A stretch of DNA of 63,511 bases, the filler included, from Sphacelaria rigidula (Eukaryota), in the NCBI GenBank assembly GCA_964200075.2. It is 7 parts of 7 records of this genome, joined end to end, with 100 filler letters (N's around TTAATTAATTAA, not from the genome) between each part and the next. Parts side by side here need not be neighbours in the genome. Positions count along the whole stretch, not along the records: positions 18,178 to 27,164 come from CAXNAA020009582.1; positions 27,265 to 36,251 come from CAXNAA020009583.1; 5 more parts are not named here. One strand, written 5' to 3'. Position 1 is the first letter of the stretch. Each line of letters begins with the position of its first letter. This document shows positions 23,990 through 36,351 of the stretch, in pieces. Both the position numbers and the translations under genes were made by a program. The notes beneath the pieces are model-generated. The model ran no database searches and was not told where the DNA came from. It saw only the letters and a program-made list of their open reading frames with translations.

Positions 23990-25611
23990 ACCTAATATTG
24001 GGGGTATGTCAAGAGCTAGAGGGTGACCTAACTCGCGATGCCGTATACTTGCGTGTGCTATATTGCGATTCCTGCTTGGGAAAAATGGAGCGTGTTCTAA
24101 TCGATGGCTATATTGATAGTAGCTGCTCCCTGACCACCAACTCGTGAAGAAATATACGTGTGCGCCTCCCAGAGAACAGGGTAAGCGGCAAACGGACGTT
24201 CAAGGGTTATTCAGTGCCGAGGAACTCCAACCGTTGCGTTGTTTTGATCTGAGTGGTTCTGTTTTTCTCTCTCACTTGACTGGTAGTACAGTGTCCACCA
24301 AGTGTTTCCCGTCCTCTCACACAATACAGTTCAGCGTCCATTTACTCCAAATTTCAGACACAAGAAAATGCAACTGTGACGGTTGAGCATTTAGGCCGCG
24401 AAATATATGTCCTCATCGTGGGGCTCCCAAAGCAGGACGTACTCAGGCCAATGGGCCAGGACATTCCTCTTCTTTCAATCCATTCAAGCTATTCCTAGTT
24501 CATTGGAATCATGGCGTCCACACATTCCATGGGTCAATTTTTGAACGAATTAAAGGGCTCCCAACGATTCAACGCTGATGAATCTTCTGTGCGCACCCCT
24601 ACCAGGCATCACTCATCATGCACATATCGTCGACAGAGTTGACTTCCGACCAGTGCGCTACCATAACAACGGCAACGAGTAGCCCTTGCATAAGACGATC
24701 GGATGTGGGTCAGTCGCTGCTTTGTTGTTCATCTCACTGCCGCACACATCATGACTCCTCAATTACAGTCTTGCTTTTAGAGACGCGTGGCCACACATTT
24801 GTGATCCACTTTCATTTTACTTTCATGCATGTCCGTTCATGTTCCGTTCAACAAATACACACGAAATTATCTTCATTCACAAGCCTCGCTGTCTCACCGA
24901 CCAAACCACCGCACAGTACTCGCCCATTGGTAGCCATCGCAAACAAACAACGATCTTGGTCAGTTATTACGTGCATAACCTCACGTGTGTTGTAAGATAT
25001 CTCATCTCAACCTGTGGTCTCATCTACTCGGCTCACTAATGTTCATGAAGAGGGCGCTTCGTTCATGTTGCCGTCGCTCCTTCATACTGCTGTTGCGAAT
25101 TAATTTCACATCTCATATCGACATGGGAAAAACCGCCCCCGCCCGCCGTACCCATTGCCCGAGTGCATTTATTACGCTACCGCCAATCATTACGTCATGG
25201 GGGTGCTTGTGCAGTGTTTGCCGTGGTTCCAACGAATTGAACCCACGCATATCGCCAAGGTACCACCCGTAACTCGAGTAGGTTCAAATGCATTTCATCA
25301 TGCGTGAATATTTACGTAAATGATCGGTCAATTTTTCAGCAGCACCGTTGACCCTTCAGTAACTGCAGTTTCCGGCAATCCTCTCAGCTCGTTCCATATT
25401 GGTCAGAAGTTAGTTGTCAGTGTCGGCAACATCATGATGAGAATTTGAAAAGCAGAAGCAGATAGCAAAAAATGCTTACACCCGAGAGCAGGTTGCATAT
25501 CGGACCGCGGGTAAAGTTCGATACGATATTTTTAGAACATCGATCCACATCCAACGGGCGATGCCGATATTCATGTCGATATTTCTAAAAATGGCAGGAG
25601 ACGTAACGAAG

Positions 25612-25690
25612 TATTGTTTTTATTTTTATTTTTTCCGCACCTTAGCCCGATCTCGCACACCTGTGGTCACACGTATCGGTATTCAATATG
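25612..25690 (-). mobile_element. Retroposon (LINE/SINE) 3' end with A-rich tail
   Basis: ttccgcaccttagcccgatctcgcacacctgtggtcaca is homologous to 52739-52780 and 54393-54425, each preceded on the plus strand by a T/ATT-rich tail. Confidence 0.6.
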
Positions 25691-26376
25691 GTAAGGCCGT
25701 TTTGGTATGCCTGCAGAGTACAAGACCTAGCGTTAGACTGACACGCTGGCGTCCTCACTTAGTATCGTATGTTGCGTAAGTAAGATACCACATCCCCTGG
25801 ACTGATTTTCAAAGCTCATTTATTTACCCCTCACCAGAAACGATGCCGGGGCTGAACTGGGTGGCGTTGTAACCATCTCGTCGAGAGCTTTTCAAAACAT
25901 GTCGTTTGATGTTGGCACGGACACAACATGATACACAGCAGCGGTTGTGTGCAATTTGATCCCATGGCAGCGGCGGCATGCGGTGATGTAGCTGTCTAAT
26001 GAATATCTTTCGTCATCGTGCAAGAGGTAACTGATCACAGCGGGCCGACGGATGCGGTATGGATTGGTTGTGTTTATTTTACGCCCATGTTTCTGTGTGC
26101 TTCGATCGAATGAGCGTATACCTCGACTCTGCGCACTCATTGAAAAAGAAAACGAGCCAAGCCTCGAACGCGCGCAAACTCCAGCGTGCTTGTTCTTTTT
26201 ACGATTTTCGCCACCAACAACAGAAACTGTTGGCAGAATGCGTCGAATCTTGAATCTTGGATGCCAAACAACATGTAGATGCGAAGACTAAGAGGCTCTT
26301 TGATCGAAACAAGAAAAAAAGGAGAAGCGTACGAGCTGGTTCAGATTGATCGCCCAAAGTTCATTCCCCGGGATTT

Positions 26377-26640
26377 CCTCACGCCGTTTTTTCGAGTTAG
26401 ACCACGAAAATTTGCACATATGTTCTTAGGCACTATCAAAGACTCGAAGACCTTCTTTCTTTCTTTTTTTTGTTGGTGTCGACATAATCGGGATTTGACC
26501 CCTCCCGAGGTCAAGTAGGTCAACCGCGACCTTGGATGAAAAGCCACCAACAAAAAAAAAAACAGTCTTGGAGTTTCAGATAGTGCCCTCCAGAACATGT
26601 GCGCAAATTTTCGTGGTCTAACTCGAAATTACGGCGTGAG
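26377..26640. mobile_element. MITE with ~100-bp imperfect inverted arms
   Basis: ctcacgccgt..ttcgagttagaccacgaaaatttgcacatatgttct pairs with agaacatgtgcgcaaattttcgtggtctaactcgaaattacggcgtgag. Confidence 0.8.
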
Positions 26641-26759
26641 AAAAAGCCACAACGTGTGCTGAAGTATAAAAAGTCTGTAACTACTTGATTAAAGTACAGA
26701 ATCGCCCTTTTGGGGGTTGTTTTTTTGGGTCTTGCTCTTTACGTCAACGTTGACGTAAT

Positions 26760-27097
26760 CTGTTACATCCGTCAACGTTCAGCATCCATCCCATAAGCCC
26801 CGCATGGACACAGCAACACATGGACACAGCAACACATGGAAAACACTCACACAGTCTCTAGCTATCGTTCAAGCCATCGTACGGAGCAAACGGACCCGTA
26901 ACGGATGAGATACATGCTCATGGCAGAGTGCTCTTGTGGCATGCCACCATGCATCATGCATGTATCTCGTCCGCTACGGGTCCGTTTGCTCCGTACGATG
27001 ACTTGAACGATAGCTAGAGACTGTACTGTGTGAGTGTTTTCCATGTGTTGCTGTGTCCATGCGGGGCTTGTGGGACGGATGCTGAACGTTGACGGAT
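26760..27097. mobile_element. Foldback element, ~140-bp arms
   Basis: 26768-26918 is a near-perfect reverse complement of 26958-27096, with a 16-bp duplication in the left arm. Confidence 0.85.
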
Positions 27098-27164
27098 AAC
27101 AGTGTTTTCGTGAGATTGAGAGTAGATGACACGATTGAGAGTGGCTTTGATCATTCACTTTAAG

Positions 27165-27264
27165 NNNNNNNNNNNNNNNNNNNNNNNNNNNNNNNNNNNN
27201 NNNNNNNNTTAATTAATTAANNNNNNNNNNNNNNNNNNNNNNNNNNNNNNNNNNNNNNNNNNNN
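27165..27264. other. Artificial contig linker
   Basis: 44 N + TTAATTAATTAA + 44 N. Confidence 0.97.
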
Positions 27265-28407
27265 CCAGTCTGAACCAGCTATCACGCCTTGTATGGCCAC
27301 CTCCGCCGTGGCTGTGTTGGGAACCGGTTTCGCGGTGAGACTGTCGAACAATACTACCGTAGTGCAACGCGCTTGCAAAATCCGAGCCGTTTCTTTGAAA
27401 TCAGAACCCGCATCAACTGTAGTTTGAACATTCCTCCTGACGGTCCCAAACGGCGTCTGATCCAGCGACGAAAAGCGTTGGCACCCTCCCCCTCAGATAG
27501 GATTTGTGACAACCTCAGCGTTAGGATCAGACCCCAGGGGAAGCCCTGAAATAACGGATGGTTTTCTTGGAAAGCAGTTGTTCGTTGTAACGGGTATAAA
27601 GTGTTCAAGCAAGGAAATTTCGATTTTCAGGAGGAAAATATGTACTACGATACCCCTGAATACTATTCTACATGTTTCATCCCGAGCGATCTTCCCCAAA
27701 TACCCCCACAGTTGTCACAAATCCTATCTGAGGGGGAGGGTGCCAGCGCTTTTCGTCGCTGGATCAGACTCCGTTTGGGACCGTCAGGAGGGATATTCAA
27801 ACTACAGCTGATGCGGGTTCTAAATTCAAAGAAAGGGCTCGGATTTTGCAAGTGCGTTGCACTACAGTAGTATTGTTCGACACCCTCACCGCGAAACCGG
27901 TTCCCAACACAGCCACGAACACGGGATCTTACTAATTGGGGATGGATCATTTCTTGGGAACGAGAAACCCGGAGGATAAAATTCTTCGTATCCGCACCTG
28001 ATATTCAAAATATGATTACATTTCTTCACCTACTGATAGCTATTGATAACTGCTACACGCCATAGCAATTTGGATTCCGACCACCGAAACGTTGGGGTCC
28101 TGCATGAAAAAAACATTTTCTGACCATTTTGGCGTCCGCTCGAACACCCGGAATTCCACAAAACTGTTTTTTCATCCAGGATCCCAACATTTCGGTAATC
28201 GAAATCCAAATTTTTATCACGTGTAGTAGTTATCAATAGCTACCAGCAGGTGAAGAAATGGAACCGTATTTCGAATATTTGGTGCGGATACGAAGATTTT
28301 AATCCTCCGGGTTTCTCATCCCCAAGAAATGATCCATCCCCAATTTGTATGATCCCGTGTTCACGGCGGAGGTGGCCATACAAGGCGTGATAGCTGGTTC
28401 AGACTGG
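27265..28407. mobile_element. Foldback element with ~250-bp inverted arms, right arm interrupted by a second MITE
   Basis: 27265-27310 is the reverse complement of 28362-28407; 27311-27513 is approximately the reverse complement of 27709-27913. Confidence 0.85.
27918..28361. mobile_element. Nested 444-bp foldback MITE (AACACGGG...CCCGTGTT) with 4-bp CACG target duplication
   Basis: ~200-bp inverted arms, with CACG at 27914-27917 and 28362-28365. Removing it restores the host element's arm. Confidence 0.85.
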
Positions 28408-28996
28408 ATGAAGCGCCTCGCATGGGCACTACTGGCGAAACACACCCAAGCGTGGGACCAACCCTTACCCCCGTTGTGTGTGCGTGTGCAGCTTTATTGT
28501 GGGGCATCCATTTTATCCAACTGACGACTGTACTGTAGTGATGCTGTACTCTGGTGACGGTATATATCAGCAGACTGCTGAATGATGCTGCGCTTCAAAG
28601 ATCTCTGGCGTCTGTCCCCGCATTAGATCGTTTCGCTGACGACAGTCGTCGCCGGCGCAAAAACATGTAGTCTCTCTCAGATACTCAACAAGAGGCGCTC
28701 GAAAACTCGATGGCTAGTCCAAAGAAGTATGTTTTCAGCATGCTTTGTTACCTGTTGCGTAGCGCTTAGACGCAGGTCCTGCTCAAACAAAGATGCCGCA
28801 CAATGAATGACGGCGGTTTTTCTGTTGGACTGCTCATCATCATGCTTGCGCTACCGTGCAGAAACTTCTGGGTTAGGGCTGCATGGTCGAAACCGGTTGC
28901 GAGTCCCGAGCCTTTTGAACAAAACAAATGAAATTTCAATGGCCCGTTGAACCTCACCCAAACGTTGAACCTCAAACACGAATTCAGGCTGTTTGT

Positions 28997-29088
28997 TGTG
29001 AACGCTGACAACTGAAACTTCAGCCAGTGAGACTGGGGATTCCCTCAATAGCAGTGATCCACCAGTTATTCTTCAGGCGGGCGTCACA
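28997..29088 (+). repeat. 5' LTR (92 bp)
   Basis: tgtgaacgctgacaactgaaac...ggcgtcaca aligns without gaps to 34897-34988 (about 20 mismatches). Confidence 0.75.
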
Positions 29089-29289
29089 ATATCGATATCA
29101 GTGCTAGAGATGGTATCTAGAGGAAACCTGCTGGAAAAATTCAAGCGGAACAGTCTGGTAGCAGGGGACAACCTGATTCACCACGGACGCGTGGAGGGGA
29201 TTCAAGCTGAGGTGATCGGCAGAAAGGCGATTGGCCTGTGATTGTTCCTTACTGGAGACTTGCTGAAGCTACGTGAAGCGGGAGTTTGG

Positions 29290-30682
29290 AGGATCCTATG
29301 ACTGTGTGGTGCGGCGACGAAGCAAGGGTGAAGTGTGCAGTTCGCGACGGTCCGCTGGCCTGCGAAAGGTTCGCAGGTAGCCGGCTGCTGTTATGGCGAC
29401 CGGCCCGCGTGTTGTGTCTAGCGTAACGCCCGTGGTTATACGGGAAGAGTTGCGACCTCCCAAATACGGAGAGTGCATCTCGCAGTTTTTACACCAGGTA
29501 CTTGAAGTACAGGAAGCGTGTGGGGCACGCTAACGCAGGGGTTGTAGTGCGACATCAGGTAGTGTCGATGGCTGAACAAGTGCCGACGCATGTGCAGAGA
29601 GTGTTTGCGCGTGGGGAGCATGATGAGAGCACGATAAACCCACCGCAGTTGGTTGCGGCGATCAAAACGCATGCTGCGCATGTGGCAGGCACCGAGGTGG
29701 AGTTGACCCACTACGTCTGCGGCTGTGGCGAAAGCTGTCGCCATGAAGTCTCGGAGAAAGACGGTGCAAGAGCGGGTGGAGCCAATCCTGTCCAATCTGG
29801 AAACTTACTCACAAGAAAATCCGAACGTGGAACTAGTATATCGTTCCCCCGATGTTGAACCCGATATGTGAGACACCCATGAGGCAGTGTATAAGCCGTG
29901 GCTCTCTCTGCAAGTGGCGATACCAGATAATAAACCAACTCATCGTAGGCTGTCATCAAAATGCAAGATCATCAGTAGTAGGCCTCGGGCCGAACAATCT
30001 TAGCAGGATGTAGCTCACCCTTCATGCGACTCGCCGAACATACGACGGCGCTTCGCGCTTGGTGGTTGAGTGCGAGCCTGGTGCGGTGAAACCCCGGCGT
30101 GCTCCGTCCCGGCTTTGTAGGGACGCGAGGTCAATGATCTTATGACTATGACATGCATGATCATGACTGCACCCCCGATGTTGAATTCATTTCCGACCCG
30201 GCTGCAGTAATCACCAAGGCTGTGGTGGAGAATTTAACGCCGGAAACAAATTGAAACAAGCCGTGCTTGTTATGTTGCAGCACGAAACAGACTGGAAGGC
30301 CGACCCTTACCTGGTGATGGACACCGTCGTGGCCAAGGTGAAAGAGTGGCGGAAGGATGAAGTGTTTGGCCAGTCGTCCATCTCCACGCCGAAGTGTTTG
30401 TGCCACCATGGCTCGAAATCGGCCACCGCTATGGTCAGATGGATCAGTAAACGCGCGATTGCCCAACGTCTTCCAGCGGAGAGTCTGGGCAATCTCATGT
30501 CGCGCGCCATCAGTATCGTCAACACAAGGGCAAAGGACGAGGTGATCGGGGTGGTGGCGGCAGTGGATCCTACGACGGTGGAAGGTCGCAGTCGTGTTCT
30601 CTGCAGCAGCAGCAGCAGTAGCAGCAGCAGTAGCAGCGGTGGCGTCAGCATGGGTCTGATTCTGGGTCCGGCGCCACCGTAG
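29290..30682 (+). pseudogene. gag: Degenerate gag region
   Basis: Fragmented ORFs (29502-29858, 30251-30682) lie between the 5' LTR and the protease, in the gag position. No diagnostic motif was recognised with certainty. Confidence 0.5.
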
Positions 30683-30705
30683 GTGCTGCTGCTCCGCCAA
30701 GCGCG

Positions 30706-33700
30706 GTGCAGGTGGGATCGATTTCTACAGTGTCGAACACTGCGCCGGCGCCGGTGGTGGCGCCGGTGGCGACACCTGCAGCAGCGCCAGGCGTGACGCC
30801 TGCTGATGCGCTGGTCGGAGTTTCGCCAAACTCTTGGTCTGCTGGCTGGGAGTCGTACCCGCCGGCGGTGCCGTTTGAACCTGCCGGAGCGTCTTTGCCT
30901 CCGCAGCTTGCGCAGCCGTGGCGTCAAGTGAGATTAGCGGTGCATCGGTCGGCGCATGAAGTGCCATTGGAGTTTGCGGACAAATACGTTCGTGCGGAGC
31001 TATGTATTTCAAATCAACGGGAGCGTGGAGCCATTGCGGTTCGGGCTGTGTTGGACTCTGCGGCCCACTTCACGAGTCTGTCGGTGCAGACTGTAAAGAT
31101 GTTGGAGCGTCTTCTCCCGGGTGTGGCGCTGCGCATCCCGTTTTCACTCGGGGCGCGGCAGGCCTTTACCGCGTCGGGTCAGCATGTTTCCGTCACGGAG
31201 CGTACTGTTCCGCTGCAGCTGGCTTTCACGACTGCCTGGGGGCCGGCGCCGTTGCCTCAGATCTCGTTTGCGATCATGTCGGGGTCGGATGGCGTCATTA
31301 TTCTGTGGTTGCCGACGCTCCAGGATCTTGAAGTCGATCCATATGCGCGGCTGTGGGACTCCATCAAGACGCAAATGTCTCCGCCTGGTCCGCACGTGGA
31401 GACGCTCACCGTTTTGGGCAGTCGTTGCGTGAGGTTGTTGGTGGATGCTTTGCAGGAGGCTGGGGGGCAGGTGACCGAGGAGCGGGATGATGCGGTGGAA
31501 CGCTTGGTGGAGCACGACCCGGAGATGATTATGGATCCGGCGGAAGAGGAGTCCGCTCGGGAAGGTCGCGCTGGAGGTAAGCGTGACGGATGCTGTGCCG
31601 AAAGGCCGCAGCGTCTCAGAAGCGGAGCGCCTGCGCGGCATCTTACATCTCCGCGTCGACGCGTTTCGTCGTGCGCTGGGGGATGATTCTCCTGCGCGCG
31701 TGGAGCCCATGCGTGTTCAGATAAAACCTGGGGCGTCCACGGTGAAGAGGACGAAGCCGCGGCGGTACGATCCGGTGAAGTCCAGTTGGTTGGCGTCGTG
31801 CATGGCGGCTCTTTTGGCGCTCGGGTTGGTGTTCCGGAACTTGCAGGCAGTGTGGTCCCGTCCGGCTATGGCGGTTCCGAAGGACATGTTTCGCCTGGTA
31901 AGCGACTACAAGGCTGTGAATGAGTAGGTTGAGAAGTCGGCAGGTGTGGTGCCCAACTAAGAGTCAGACATGCGTGATTTGTTGAGTGCTCGTTTTCTTG
32001 GCAAGTTGGACCTCCTCCAACGTTACTGGTAGATGCCATTGGCGGAGGAGGTGTAGAAGATTTTCACAGTCACGACTCCGTTTGGCTTATTTACCCCGTA
32101 GCGAGTACCGCAAGGCGTGCTGAATGCCACAACATATTTTCAAGGCATCATGACAGAACTTCTCTGCTACTTAAAATGCAAGATATGGGTGGATGATGTG
32201 TTTTTTTTCGCGGACACGGAAGACGAACTTTTAGATACGCTTGATACTCTTTTGGCTCGCTCAGAGAGTGTTGGTTTATTTGCGGCTGCGCACAAGTGTA
32301 CCTTTTCCGCTAGCGAACTCGTGTGGTGTGGGAAAGTGTTCTAACTCGGACGCGCATCTCATGACCCTGTCAGATTGCAAGGCTTGACTGACATGCGGCG
32401 CCCGGAGACGGCCGCAGAGCTCATGCAAATCGCTCAGGCCGTGAATTGGCTGCGCACCTCGTTGCCGCGTATGGCTAAAATTGTAGCTCCCTTACGTTTC
32501 TTCCTCGAAGAACTCGTGGCGGGTGCTGCGAGGCGGACCAAGCGTATGGCGAAAAACCGCGCTATTCCGCCTGCATCCTGGACGGAGGGCAGGCTGCTGG
32601 CGTGGGCGGCAGCGAAGGATCTAGTGGCTCATGCCGTGACGCTGTTCCATCCTCGTCCTGACTGTTAGGTGTTGATGTTTCCGGATGTATCTGAGTGCCA
32701 TTGGGGTAGTTTTGTCACGCAGGTGCCTGAAGCTGAAATACAACGACGCTTGCCGGTCGAGGATATGACGCATGAACCGCTGGCTTTCTTCAGTGGTAGT
32801 TTCAAGGGCTCGGAGTTGCGTTGGGCCACAGTTGACAACGAAACTTTTGCTATTGTGATAATTTTTCGTCGTTTGGAGCATCTTTTGTAGGATGGGGTGC
32901 AAATGTTTACGGACCACCGAAATCTCGTGTTTATATTCAACCCGGAAGCGTGCGTTACGTTTGTGTCGAACGCGTTGGGACAACGTTGGGAGGGTTGGAA
33001 ATGTGTTCTTGCTCAGTATCGTTACTCGATTTGCCATTTTCCGGGTGACCGTAACACGTGGGGTTACTTGCTTTCGCGTTGGGTGAATATTCCGACTTTG
33101 CCTGTGCGCACTGTGGCTGTGTATGGTCCGTGTGAACCTGATGACTCGATGCCGTCCAAATCTTTTGTCCGCCAAGCCCGACGGAAAGAACTTGAGGACA
33201 AAGATGCGGATGTACAATCTTTCGAGTCGGACGTTGGTACTGCTGTCTTGGACAATGAAGGTATGTTTCGTGTGCATGTGCGTGACCGAAGCGTTTTGTG
33301 GATTCCGAGTTCTGACAAGCAGTTGCTGGTACGTCTGATGATTTGCGCCCACATGCGCGACGCCGGGTATCGTGGTGTGGCTGCGACGCTCGTGCGCTTG
33401 CAAGAGTTTTGTGTCTGGCAGGGGGTAGAAATCATGCGCGCGAATGCCCGCCAGTGTCTTCACTGTGTTGACTCGAGGGCGGGCGATGTTGTTCCCCACC
33501 CGCTCGGTGAAACGGCCCATGGGACCATGCCGAACGAAGTCGTTCATTTTGGCTCATTGTACGTGGGCGAGAGTGGCATGATTTGAGCGACTTCGTTTCT
33601 CTGGAACCAGTAGCAGTGTGTACTGCTGAATCGACTGCTGCATCTTTGCTGAATTGGCTCGAAGCTTTGGGGCTGCCGCGTGTGAGGGTTAGTGATACCG

Positions 33701-34627
33701 CCACGCATTTCAAGAATGCGATCTCGGCCCGACAGCGAGAGGCTTTGCACGTTGGTAATCAGTTTACGGTGGCGTATTCTCCGTGGTCTAGCGGCAAGTG
33801 CGAACGCATGGTCAAGGAAGTAGTTCGTGGTCTTCGCTCTATTTTTCTCGAGCAGCGCGAAGCGGTTTTCGAGTGGGTGGACGTGTTGCCTGCGGTGCAA
33901 CGGGCGCTCAGTACAGCGTATCATCGTTGTCACGATAGTACACCGTACCACGTGATGTTTGGTTGTGTTCCTCGGACGTGTTTCTCGATATTTGCGTCTT
34001 CGGCGGGGGAGTGGAATTGTGATGTCTTGTATGATAATCAAATTAAGCGTGCATTGCAAGGAGTCTTGGACTTGCAAGAACGTTTCCACGTTCAAGTGCA
34101 GGAGCGTGTTGCCGCTGAACGTGCGCGTAGACGTGAGGGGTCCTCGTCGGGGCTGGAACTGCCGAGGTTTGAGGTAGGCGACCGTGTCTTGTATGCATGT
34201 GTGCGTTGTCTGGGCGTTACGCTCAAGTTGATGACGACGTGGACCGTGGAGAGTGGTTGGTGCTCACCACCCGTTTGAGATCCAGAATATTGTTTCGGGT
34301 CGTGTTTAGACCGCCCATGTAGCTCGTTTGCGTTTTTATGCAGACTCATAGCTTAATGTTACAGCTGACGTCAGGGAGGTGTTCCAGCACGCTTTCAATA
34401 AGGGGCAACTTCAAATGGATGGTATTGTCCGAGAGGCAGAAGCAGACGATCGTTTGTTGATCATGATGGTCGACTGGGTTGGTTTCGAAGTGGAGGAGCG
34501 TACATGGGAGACTTTCAAGGATATTTTTGAGGCCGCTTCGGAATTTCTCACGAAAGAGTTGCGTAAATTGCACGTGACTCGTGCCGTTGCTGCTCGCATG
34601 ACGCGTGAGTTTGGTATTCAGTTGTGA
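30706..34627 (+). pseudogene. pol: pol: aspartic protease, RT, RNase H, integrase, chromodomain; multiple stops and frameshifts
   Basis: PR: AVLDSAAHFTS. RT: FRLVSDYKAVN, GKLDLLQRYW, PQGVLNA, KIWVDDVFF. RH: FPDVS, FTDHRNL, LLSRW. IN: AHMRDAGYRG..CLHC, VSDTATHF, SGKCERM. Chromo: VDWVGFEVEERTWETFKDI (34379-34627). Confidence 0.93.
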
Positions 34628-34896
34628 CTTGCTCATCGTTTTGGCGTTTTTTATGTGTCAAGCTTGTTGCTCGATTTTCGTCCGACGTGCTCTTGGGATG
34701 CTGTGACGAAATTACGCTGTTACGTTGAGTTGATAGTGACGAATCTGTTGGTAGGAATGATCAGGATAATGACCGGGGAGACGAGGATTCCAGAGGATTT
34801 GGGGAGGATTCTGGATAGTGACCGGGGACACTGGGATGATACCCTGCGGGTCTAGGAGGCTGTACCTACAAGGGCACTCCAAATAATATGAGATGT

Positions 34897-34988
34897 TGTA
34901 AAGGCTGACAACTGAAACCGAGGCCAGTGAGACTGGGGAGTCAATCAACAGCAGTGACCCACCAGCTCCACTCGTGACTGGCGTCACA
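34897..34988 (+). repeat. 3' LTR (92 bp; may be the distal part of a longer LTR starting at 34702)
   Basis: tgtaaaggctgacaactgaaac...ggcgtcaca followed by GTTTGT. Confidence 0.75.
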
Positions 34989-35462
34989 GTTTGTTGAACC
35001 AGGTGCGTGCACTACGTTAACACGCCAGACAGCAAACTGAGGTATATATATATATATATATATATATGGTTGACTCAATTCTTTGTATTAGCACATGAGG
35101 AGAGCCCCAGACAAGAGGATCATTCATTAAGAGTGATCCAGGGGACAGGCACAAGCATTGGCTCCGCTCCCTGGTTCCTATAGTCATCTTTCATACAATT
35201 TCCTTGCTACTACCCGTATAGAGTAAACGCCCCTGTTACGGAACATTACCATCAACGAACCCTGTTTTTTAATCGTCCATAACTCCCCGAAATATCGATC
35301 GTTTTCAATTCTGTTTTTTGCTACGTCTGCACAAGAGCACGGCGGTTCTCTTGAGCTACTGCTCGTGCCTCTTGCATTGAAATAAACCATCCCAAAGCAC
35401 TGCGAATAAGCGCGTGCGTGTCTTTATCCAAAATCAGCTCTTTGGTCGATGGGCTGCTAAGC

Positions 35463-35990
35463 ATGAAGAGAGCGAGGGTGGACCTAGAACGTGCAGATGA
35501 GGCTCTAGAAGCGAGGCGCAGCGGTCGCATGACCTTCCATGCTACTGCAAAGACCTTAGACATCTCCGTTGGATCGCTGCAGGAGCGTGTCAGTGGTAGC
35601 GTGGGCATAGCTGGCAGGGTTGGCCCGAGTTCTGTCCTGTCGAGGTAGGAAGAAAATTCCATCGAAGATATACTGAAATTTGCCGCAGCTCGTCAATGGG
35701 CCTGAATAGAGATGACCTGAAATAGGCGGTTATGTCACTCTGCAGCGACGTCCAACCGATACCATAGGACCCGACGGTAGGCTCAGGTCGAAAATAGCTC
35801 GACTTGTTTCTTCAGAGGCACCCGCGGCTAGGTGAGCGCAGCAACCGCATCTACAAGGCCGACAGGGTGGTGCGGCCGACGAAGAAGATCGCATGCCGGA
35901 TTTTTATGCAGCCTGTGAGGACTAGGGGAACAAAGAGAAGCCAGCAACCGACCACAGAGGGAACACTGACGAGACAGGTGCTTCACAGTC
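35463..35990 (+). pseudogene. pogo/CENP-B-like transposase N-terminal remnant (psq-HTH + CENP-B HTH)
   Basis: EALEARRSGRMTFHATAKTLDISVGSLQERVSG...GPSSVLSR*EENSIEDIL...LDLFLQRHPRL fits the HTH_psq, GP..vLt.eEE..l and W...F..RHP.L pattern. Confidence 0.8.
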
Positions 35991-36251
35991 TGTCAAGAGC
36001 CGTTCCGTGTATGTGACACACCGCTAGCGCCAGAGGCTGTTGCTGTGGAGTGGTGTTTATCTGCTCCAAATTATCCTGCGTTTAAACCGGTATTATTTTC
36101 GCTGCATTCTTCGCCGACAAAGCACTTGGCGTTTGCCTGCTCATTGCTGTCTCGGCGTGTTTTGTTGATTGCACTTACTCGTTATAGAGGTGCTGCCTGT
36201 ACTGTCTGTAGAGGTGTTGCAAGTATCGCGGTTAGAGGTGTCGCAAGTACC

Positions 36252-36351
36252 NNNNNNNNNNNNNNNNNNNNNNNNNNNNNNNNNNNNNNNNNNNNTTAAT
36301 TAATTAANNNNNNNNNNNNNNNNNNNNNNNNNNNNNNNNNNNNNNNNNNNN
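36252..36351. other. Artificial contig linker
   Basis: 44 N + TTAATTAATTAA + 44 N. Confidence 0.97.

Larger units (their letters stand above)
28997..34988 (+). mobile_element. Degenerate Ty3/Gypsy chromodomain-bearing LTR retrotransposon
   Basis: 92-bp TGT...TCACA terminal direct repeats, GTTTGT on both flanks, and internal order gag-PR-RT-RH-IN-chromo. Confidence 0.9.
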
